Positions 23,153-30,085 of a DNA stretch of 64,000 bases are shown here, one piece after another. Origin of the DNA: an uncultured delta proteobacterium (GTDB lineage Bacteria; Myxococcota_A; Polyangia; Polyangiales; Polyangiaceae); the NCBI GenBank assembly GCA_963782055.1, contig CAWAIF010000003.1, forward strand, positions 3,456,001 to 3,520,000. Direction: 5' to 3'. How positions within the stretch are numbered: the first letter of the stretch is position 1; the number at the start of each line of letters is the position of its first letter. Made by a program: the position numbers and the translations under genes. Under the pieces are notes generated by a model, which worked only from the letters and a program-made list of their open reading frames with translations, was not told the DNA's origin and ran no database searches.

Positions 23153-25759
23153 TCAATCCCACCGCACGAGGGAGGTCTCGTACGGGTGGCTCATCGCCGC
23201 GTTCCACGGCATCACGCGCACCGCGAAGGCGTGGGCCCCGCTCTCCTGCGTCGGGATGTGGCCCGCGTACCGGTAGCGCCCGGGGCTCTCGGCGCTCTGG
23301 ACCTTCATCCGGACGAGCTCCCCGTGCGACAGCTCGTGCGAGCCCCCGGTCGGGCCGTGATAGAGCTCCACCACCACGTCCTCCGGCGCGAGCTTGCCGA
23401 GCTCCACGATCGCCGTCACCGGCACGTCGTCGCCCACCATCACCTGGTCGGCCGACTCCTTGGTCACCTGCGTGATGCGCACGCCCTCCCACCCGGCGTG
23501 CACACGCTCCTTCCACGCCGTCAGCTCCCGCGCGCCGCGCAGGTCCTCGTCGATCATGCGATGCCACAGCTTGTGGGAAGGTACGTAGTAGCGCTCGGTG
23601 TACTGCCGCACCATGCGCGCGGTGTTGTAGGCGGGCGTGAGCATGGCGATGGCGTGCTTCATCTTGCGGATCCACGCGCGCGGCAGGTCGTCCACGTCGC
23701 GCTCGCGGGCCGGCTGCGGGTGCACCATGCTTCGAGGCTCGCGCCGGAAGAAGAGGGGGACCACCTCGCGCTCCAGCAGGTCGTAGAGTAGCTCGGCCTC
23801 CACGGCGTCGCCGGTGCCGTCGGGATACTCCTCGCCGCGGCCGATCGCCCAGCCGACGTCGCGGCCATGGTCCCGCCAGGCCTCCGCCCACCAGCCGTCC
23901 AGCACGCTCGCGTTGAGCGCCCCGTTGGCTGCCGCCTTCATGCCGCTGGTGCCGCTGGCCTCGTGCGGGCGGCGCGGCGTATTCAGCCACACGTCCACCC
24001 CGGACACCATGGTGCGAGCGATGCGCATGTCGTAGTCCTCGATGAACACGACGCGCCCCGTGAGGCCCTCCTTGCGTGCGGCGTGGACGATCGTCCGGAT
24101 GAGCTCCTTGCCGCCCTTGTCCTGCGGATGGGCCTTGCCGGCGAAGACGAGCTGCACGGGGTGGTGCGGGTCGCCCAGCAGCCGCTTCACCCTGTCCAGG
24201 TCGGAGAAGAGCAGCGCCGCGCGCTTGTAGGTCGCGAACCGCCGGGCGAAGCCGATGGTCAGCGCCCCCGGGTCCAGCACCTCCTCGGCCGCGGAGATCT
24301 CCTCACGCGACTGCCCGCGCCGCTCGGCCGCGTTGCGCAGCCACCGCCGGCACAGCTTCACCAGCCGGTGGCGCCTGTGCTCGTGCACCTGCCACAGCTC
24401 CGCGTCGGGGATCTCGTAGGTGCGCGCCCAGATGTTCGCGTCGTCCGGCGTCTCCTGCCAGCGCGGGCCGAGGTAGCGCGAGTAGAGGGCGCCCATCTCG
24501 TCGGAGACCCACGAGGCGATGTGCACCCCGTTGGTGACGGCCTGGATGGGGATCTCGTGCTCCGGCACGTCCGGCCAGAGGTCCTTCCACATCCGGCGCG
24601 AGATGTCCCCGTGGAGCGCGCTCACGCCGTTGTAGTGGTCGGAGGCATGGATGGCGAGCACCGGCATCTGGAACTGCGAGGCGGTGTCCGCGGGGTCCAC
24701 GCGGCCCAGGGCGAGGAGCTGGTCCTCGGTGATGCCGAGCGCCGCGCGGTACGGCTCCAGGTACTTGCACACCAGGTCCGGGGCGAAGCTATCGTTGCCC
24801 GCGGGCACCGGCGTGTGCGTCGTGAAGACGTTCTGCGCGGTGCACGCCTCGCTCGCCACGGCGAAGCTCGCGCCGCGGTCGCGCACCAGCCGGCCGATAC
24901 GCTCGATGGCGAGAAACGCCGAGTGCCCCTCGTTCATGTGGCAGACCGTGGGGGAGAGGCCCATCGCCTCCAGCGCGTGCACGCCGCCGATGCCCAGCAT
25001 GATCTCCTGCCGGACGCGGAACTCCTGATCGCCGCCGTAGAGCGGTCCGGTGATCGCGCGGTCCTCCTCCGCGTTCTGCGCCAGGTTGGCGTCCAGCAAG
25101 AAGAGCGGCACCCGCCCCACCTGCACCCGCCAGAGCTGCGCGAACACCGTGCGATCGGGGTACGCCACGCGGATGACCAGCCGCTGCTTACCCGTGCCGT
25201 CCATCACCGGCTGGACCGGAAGGCGGTGCCAGTCGTTGATGGGGTAGCGCTCCTGCTGCCAGCCGTCCTCGTTGAGCGCCTGGCGGAAGTAGCCCTCGGC
25301 GTAGGCCAGGCCCACGCCCACCAGCGGTAGCCCCAGGTCGCTGGCCGTCTTGAGGTGGTCGCCCGCGAGCACGCCGAGGCCTCCGGAGTAGACGGGGAGC
25401 GACTCGTGCAGGCCGTATTCCATCGAGAAGTAGGCGATGCGCGCGCCGGCCGCCTCCGGGAAGTGCTTGGCGAACCAGCCCTCCCTCGAGAGGTAGCGGT
25501 CGAGAGCCTGGTAGGCCATGTCCAGGTGGGCCAGGAAGGCGTCGTCGGTCGCCATCTCGTCCAGCCGCTTCTGCTCCACGCGGGTGAGCAGCTCGATGGG
25601 GTTGCCGTGGACCTGCTCCCAGAGCTCTCCGTCGATGCGCAGGAACAGCTCCCGGGCCTCGAGCGACCAGGCCCACCACAGGTTGGTGGAGAGGGTGCGG
25701 AGCCGCTCCAGGGCGGCGGGCAGCTTCGGAATTACTGTGTACGTACGCAGGGTCGGCAT
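23153..25759 (-). CDS. glgP: Alpha-glucan (glycogen/starch) phosphorylase
   Basis: AYFSMEYG...YSGGLGVLAGD, HMNEGH, FTTHTPVPAG, FARRFATYKR, PLP motif EASGTSGMK. Confidence 0.97.
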   Translation of the reverse strand: MPTLRTYTVIPKLPAALERLRTLSTNLWWAWSLEARELFLRIDGELWEQVHGNPIELLTRVEQKRLDEMATDDAFLAHLDMAYQALDRYLSREGWFAKHFPEAAGARIAYFSMEYGLHESLPVYSGGLGVLAGDHLKTASDLGLPLVGVGLAYAEGYFRQALNEDGWQQERYPINDWHRLPVQPVMDGTGKQRLVIRVAYPDRTVFAQLWRVQVGRVPLFLLDANLAQNAEEDRAITGPLYGGDQEFRVRQEIMLGIGGVHALEAMGLSPTVCHMNEGHSAFLAIERIGRLVRDRGASFAVASEACTAQNVFTTHTPVPAGNDSFAPDLVCKYLEPYRAALGITEDQLLALGRVDPADTASQFQMPVLAIHASDHYNGVSALHGDISRRMWKDLWPDVPEHEIPIQAVTNGVHIASWVSDEMGALYSRYLGPRWQETPDDANIWARTYEIPDAELWQVHEHRRHRLVKLCRRWLRNAAERRGQSREEISAAEEVLDPGALTIGFARRFATYKRAALLFSDLDRVKRLLGDPHHPVQLVFAGKAHPQDKGGKELIRTIVHAARKEGLTGRVVFIEDYDMRIARTMVSGVDVWLNTPRRPHEASGTSGMKAAANGALNASVLDGWWAEAWRDHGRDVGWAIGRGEEYPDGTGDAVEAELLYDLLEREVVPLFFRREPRSMVHPQPARERDVDDLPRAWIRKMKHAIAMLTPAYNTARMVRQYTERYYVPSHKLWHRMIDEDLRGARELTAWKERVHAGWEGVRITQVTKESADQVMVGDDVPVTAIVELGKLAPEDVVVELYHGPTGGSHELSHGELVRMKVQSAESPGRYRYAGHIPTQESGAHAFAVRVMPWNAAMSHPYETSLVRWD

Positions 25760-25904
25760 CGCGCGCAGCATAGAGCACCTGCCTCGCCACGAGCCAGGGG
25801 AAACGTAACTCAGGTCTGAGTGACGAATGTGCGGCGGCCCTCAGTTTCGCGCCCGACGCCCCGGCGGGAAGAGTGCGATCGCAGGCGGCGCGTACCCCCC
25901 GTGA

Positions 25905-26696
25905 TCAGAGGCAGACGCCGAACTCCACGCCGTTGACCACGACGGGCGTGCCGAGGCTGGTGCAGGTGCCGGTGTTGCAGTCGCTGCCGTTGACGTGACA
26001 CCACTGCTTGCACAGGGTGTTGTTGTTGCCGTCGATGATGCACTCGTAGCCAGGCGCGCAGAAGGTGGTGGAGCTGCACGTCATGGCGGTGCCCGTCGTG
26101 TAGCAGTCGGTGTCCTGGTTGGTGCTGTCGTAGACGCAGCCGACGCCCCCGCCGCCGCACGAGTTCGGGTCGGTGAGGCTGCAGTCCACCGAGCACACCA
26201 GCAGGTTCTGGATGGGGGTCTGCGCCTGGCCCTGCGTGAGCTGCTTGCAGTGGCCGGTGCCCGGGTCGCTGCAGGAGGCGCCGTCGCTCCCGCAGTACGG
26301 GCGGCACACGCCGAAGATGCAGGTCAGACCCTGGGCGCACTCGCCGGCGGTCTTGGAGCAGGCGTCGCCGATCTGCTTGCTGCCGGCGGTGACGCACGAC
26401 GAGCTGCCGTCCAGCTTCTGCTGGTCCACCTCGCACGTGCCGCCGCTGCACCCGCACTGCGGGTAGACGCCGCAGACGCTGCTCGGGGGGCTGGTGGTGC
26501 AGTTGCCGTTGTTGCCGGAGTCGCTCCCGTTGTTGCCGGAGTCGCTCCCGTTGTTGCCGGAGTCGTTGCCGCCGCCGGCGTCACCCTTGGTGATCACGCC
26601 GCCATCGTTGCCGTTCACCGGCAGGGTCACGCCCTGGGCGCAGCCGCCCACCACCACGACCAGCGCCACACTCCAGAAAGCAAGTCCGCGAACCAT
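25905..26696 (-). CDS. Cys-rich lipoprotein
   Basis: MVRGLAFWSVALVVVVGGC lipobox, (NNGSDSG)n linker, then a long Cys-rich region. Confidence 0.8.
   Translation of the reverse strand: MVRGLAFWSVALVVVVGGCAQGVTLPVNGNDGGVITKGDAGGGNDSGNNGSDSGNNGSDSGNNGNCTTSPPSSVCGVYPQCGCSGGTCEVDQQKLDGSSSCVTAGSKQIGDACSKTAGECAQGLTCIFGVCRPYCGSDGASCSDPGTGHCKQLTQGQAQTPIQNLLVCSVDCSLTDPNSCGGGGVGCVYDSTNQDTDCYTTGTAMTCSSTTFCAPGYECIIDGNNNTLCKQWCHVNGSDCNTGTCTSLGTPVVVNGVEFGVCL
26506..26568. repeat. Coding 21-bp tandem repeat x3
   Basis: ccgttgttgccggagtcgctc x2 plus a variant third copy; encodes the DSGNNG(S) linker. Confidence 0.85.
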
Positions 26697-26804
26697 CTCC
26701 AACCTCACACCCCGGGAAAACGCCACGTGCCCGGCCACGAGGCCACCCCAGGCACCTGGGGCGGCTTAGCACCTCGAGCATGCCCGCGCGAGGCGCTTCA
26801 TCAC

Positions 26805-27250
26805 GGCTGTCGGCCGGCCTTCGGCCGGGCCTCAGGTGACGTGCCCTTCGGGCTGTCGGCCGGCCTTCGGCCGGGCCTCAGGTGACGTGCCCTTCGGGCT
26901 GTCGGCCGGCCTTCGGCCGGGCCTCAGGTGACGTGCCCTTCGGGCTGTCGGCCGGCCTTCGGCCGGGCCTCAGGTGACGTGCCCTTCGGGCTGTCGGCCG
27001 GCCTTCGGCCGGGCCTCAGGTGACGTGCCCTTCGGGCTGTCGGCCGGCCTTCGGCCGGGCCTCAGGCGACGTGCCCTTCGGGCTGTCGGCCGGCCTTCGG
27101 CCGGGCCTCAGGTGACGTGCCCTTCGGGCTGTCGGCCGGCCTTCGGCCGGGCCTCTGGCGACGTGCCCTTCGGGCTGTCGGCCGGCCTTCGGCCGGGCCT
27201 CAGGTGACGTGCCCTTCGGGCTGTCGGCCGGCCTTCGGCCGGGCCTCAGG
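26805..27250. repeat. 46-bp tandem repeat array, ~9.7 copies, two hairpins per unit
   Basis: Unit gtgacgtgcccttcgggctgtcggccggccttcggccgggcctcag starts at 26836, 26882, 26928, 26974, 27020, 27066, 27112, 27158 and 27204, with a partial unit at 26805. Only the junctions near 27067 and 27156-27159 vary. No spacers. Confidence 0.97.
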
Positions 27251-28274
27251 CCTCGACGAGCGTGACCTCGTGGACGAGTGTGCCGAGGCCGTCAATTTCC
27301 AGCTCGACGACATCTCCCGGCTTCAGCCACTGGTTGTCGGTGATCTTGGAGCCGTTGAGCTCGAGGAAGCAGCCCGTGCCGCACGTGCCGGAGCCGATGA
27401 CGTCGCCCGGATAGAGCGTCACGCCATAGCTCGCGCGCTCCATGATCTGGGCGAAGGTCCACGTCATGTCCTGCGCGTTGCCCTTGGAGACCTGCACCCC
27501 GTTCACCCGCGCGGTCATCTCCAGCGAGAAGCGGTTGCCGCTCTGGGTGTGGATGGTCTTGGTGGCGAGCTCGTCCATCGTGACCAGGTGGGGGCCGAGG
27601 CCGGTCGCGAAGTCCTTGCCCTTGGTCGGGCCGAGCGACAGCTTCATCTCCTCCATCTGCATCGCGCGCGCGGAGAAGTCGTTCATCACCGTCATGCCGA
27701 AGATGGCGGCATCGGCCTGCTGCACGCTCAGGTTCCTCCCGCGCTTGCCGACGACGATCGCCACCTCCAGCTCGAAGTCCAGCCGCTCCAGGTGGCGCTT
27801 CTGGACCTGCAGCTTGCCCGGGCCGATGACCGCCTGGTGGTTGGTGAAGTAGAACACCGGGAACTGGTCGAACTCGGGGATCATCTCCACGCCGCGGTTG
27901 CGGCGCGCCGTCTCCACGTGCTGGCGGAAGGCGTAGCCGTCGCGCATCGACGGCGGCCGCGGCAGCGGGGCCTCCAGCGTGACGGTGGACAGCAGGTGCA
28001 CCAGCGACATGCCGTCGAAGGATGAGGGGAGCTTGCCTTCGGTCAGGGTGGCGAGGATGGCGTCGGCGGCCGGGCGGGCGACGTCGGCGTGCTCGATGAA
28101 GCCGAGCACCCCGCTCCCGTACCGGGCCTCCAGCGCCGCCGTGTGGCACGGACGGCCGTGCGTGTGCTCGAACCAGGCGAAGGCATGCGCCAGATCGACC
28201 ACCACCGGGCTGGGGCCTGTGACGACGACGCCCGCGCGCGGGTGGGCGTCGATGCGGAAGGTGACGAGCTTCAT
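27246..28274 (-). CDS. Fumarylacetoacetate hydrolase family protein
   Basis: RDGYAFRQHV, PVFYFTN, LDFELEVA, NDFSARAMQ, KGKDFATGLGP, PGDVIGSGT; start MKLVTF at 28274. Confidence 0.95.
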   Translation of the reverse strand: MKLVTFRIDAHPRAGVVVTGPSPVVVDLAHAFAWFEHTHGRPCHTAALEARYGSGVLGFIEHADVARPAADAILATLTEGKLPSSFDGMSLVHLLSTVTLEAPLPRPPSMRDGYAFRQHVETARRNRGVEMIPEFDQFPVFYFTNHQAVIGPGKLQVQKRHLERLDFELEVAIVVGKRGRNLSVQQADAAIFGMTVMNDFSARAMQMEEMKLSLGPTKGKDFATGLGPHLVTMDELATKTIHTQSGNRFSLEMTARVNGVQVSKGNAQDMTWTFAQIMERASYGVTLYPGDVIGSGTCGTGCFLELNGSKITDNQWLKPGDVVELEIDGLGTLVHEVTLVEA

Positions 28275-28369
28275 CCGGGGGGGATCCTTTCCGTGCGCCC
28301 GCGGGCTCCTGGGGGGGGCTGGGGGACGCGGGCTTGTATCGCAGGCCCCCATGGGACTAGCAAGGGCTG

Positions 28370-28849
28370 GTGTACTTACGGCTTCCGCGCGCGGCGCTGG
28401 GCGTTCTCTACGAGGTCTCGCGGCATCTGCTGCGCCGGCCGGTGGTGGGAATCGCCGCCGCAGCGCGGGTCGACGACGGCCGCTTCGTGCTGATCCGGCG
28501 GGCGGACACGGGCACGTGGTGCCTGCCCGGCGGCACCCTGGAGTGGGGCGAGACGCTGCGGTCATGCCTGCTCCGCGAGTTGCAGGAGGAGGCGGGGATC
28601 ACCTCCGGGGTGCGCGATGTGCGTGTCCTGGGCGTCTTCTCCGACCCCGGGCGCGATCCGCGCTTCCACGCGGTGACCGTGCTGGTGGCGTGCCGGGTGG
28701 ACCCGCCCTCCCGCGCGCCGGAAAATCCCCTGGAAATCCGCGAGGCGAGGCTCTTTGGCCCCGACGAGGCCCCGCGGCCGCTGGCGATGGGGATGGACGA
28801 CCTCTGGGAGCGGGCGCGCACCGGGCGGACCGACGTGGCCCTCGAGTAG
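28370..28849 (+). CDS. NUDIX hydrolase
   Basis: Nudix box PGGTLEWGETLRSCLLRELQEEAG; DPGRDPRFH. Confidence 0.9.
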   Translation: MYLRLPRAALGVLYEVSRHLLRRPVVGIAAAARVDDGRFVLIRRADTGTWCLPGGTLEWGETLRSCLLRELQEEAGITSGVRDVRVLGVFSDPGRDPRFHAVTVLVACRVDPPSRAPENPLEIREARLFGPDEAPRPLAMGMDDLWERARTGRTDVALE

Positions 28850-28881
28850 ATCCTCGGCCGCGCTGGCCCGTACCGAGCCCC

Positions 28882-30072
28882 ATGGAACGGATCGGGGAGT
28901 ACCTCATCAAGCGGATGGTCGGCGAGGGCGGGATGGGTCGCGTGTACGAGGCGGAGGAGCGTCTCTCCAAGCGCCGCGTCGCCCTGAAGGTCCTGCGGCA
29001 GGAGCTGCTGCGCGACGAGGACGGCCGGCGGCTGTTCCAGAGCGAGATGCAGATCCTGGCGCACCTGGAGCACCCCAACCTGGTGCGGAGCCTGGCCTCG
29101 GTGGAGGAGGACGGGCAGCTGGTGCTGGTGCTCGAGTACCTGGAAGGCAAGACGCTGCGCGAGGTGCTCAACGACCGCGGCGCGCTGCCCTGGCAGGAGG
29201 CGGTGGAGATCGTCGCGCAGATGGCGGCGGCGCTGGGCGTCGCGCACGCGCAGACGCCGCCCATCGTGCACCGCGACCTGAAGCCGGAGAACGTGATGGT
29301 GTGCGACGACGGCGTCGTGAAGGTGATGGACTTCGGCATCGCCAAGGTGCTGGAGCAGGCCCACGCGCCGAGCACGCAGAGCATCGGGACGCTGCAGTAC
29401 ATGAGCCCGGAGCAGATCGACGCGCGCCCCATCGACGCGCGGAGCGACCTGTACGCGCTGGGGCTGGTGCTCTACGAGCTGCTGGCGGGGGAGCCGCCGT
29501 TCCGCTCGGCGTCGCCGCGCGAGCTGCTCAACCTGCAGTGCACCGCCGAGCCCTCGGCGATGGAGGACGTGGAGGTGCCGGCGGGCGTCGAGGACCTGGT
29601 GTTCGACCTGCTCGCCAAGGACCCGGCGGAGCGGCCGGAGTCGGCGGAGACCGTGCTGGACGCGCTCGCCCCCCTGCGCGCGGGACGCAAGACCAAGAAG
29701 ACGCGCGGGGCGAGCTCCGGCAAGCCGGGCCGCGCGGAGAAGACGCTCCCCGCGGAGGAGGCCGACGACGCAGAGCCAGCGCCGCGCGCGGTGGCCGAGT
29801 CGCGCACGGGGGGCACCCTGGACTCGTCGCCGCCCCGCAAGAACGACACGGTGGCGCTGGTGGAGAAGGCGACCGCCCCGCGGCGGATCTCCATGCGCTG
29901 GGGCGTCGGGCTCATCGTCGCCGCCTCGCTCCTCTCCGGGCTGGCAACCTACGGCGTGCGCACCCACTACTGGGGCAAGAGCAAGACCGCGGCGAGCGTG
30001 AACGCCGACGACACGCCGGGCGGAGACGACGGCACGCCGCGCGGCGACCACGGCGCCTCGCGGGCGCGCTGA
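28882..30072 (+). CDS. Membrane-anchored Hanks-type Ser/Thr protein kinase
   Basis: GEGGMGRVY, VALK, HRDLKPEN, DFG, GTLQYMSPEQ, SDLYALG; C-terminal TM WGVGLIVAASLLSGLATYGV with a short tail. Confidence 0.95.
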   Translation: MERIGEYLIKRMVGEGGMGRVYEAEERLSKRRVALKVLRQELLRDEDGRRLFQSEMQILAHLEHPNLVRSLASVEEDGQLVLVLEYLEGKTLREVLNDRGALPWQEAVEIVAQMAAALGVAHAQTPPIVHRDLKPENVMVCDDGVVKVMDFGIAKVLEQAHAPSTQSIGTLQYMSPEQIDARPIDARSDLYALGLVLYELLAGEPPFRSASPRELLNLQCTAEPSAMEDVEVPAGVEDLVFDLLAKDPAERPESAETVLDALAPLRAGRKTKKTRGASSGKPGRAEKTLPAEEADDAEPAPRAVAESRTGGTLDSSPPRKNDTVALVEKATAPRRISMRWGVGLIVAASLLSGLATYGVRTHYWGKSKTAASVNADDTPGGDDGTPRGDHGASRAR

Positions 30073-30085
30073 TTGGGGCACGGCG

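Noticed and set aside
26974..27207. Small ORFs within the tandem array
   Set aside because: They are translations of the 46-bp repeat, not genes.
26805..27250. Possible CRISPR array
   Set aside because: Units are contiguous and nearly identical, with no unique spacers and no cas genes in the window.
27979..28881. N-terminal extension of the Ser/Thr kinase ORF
   Set aside because: It overlaps the FAH and NUDIX genes; the kinase domain begins at ATG 28882.
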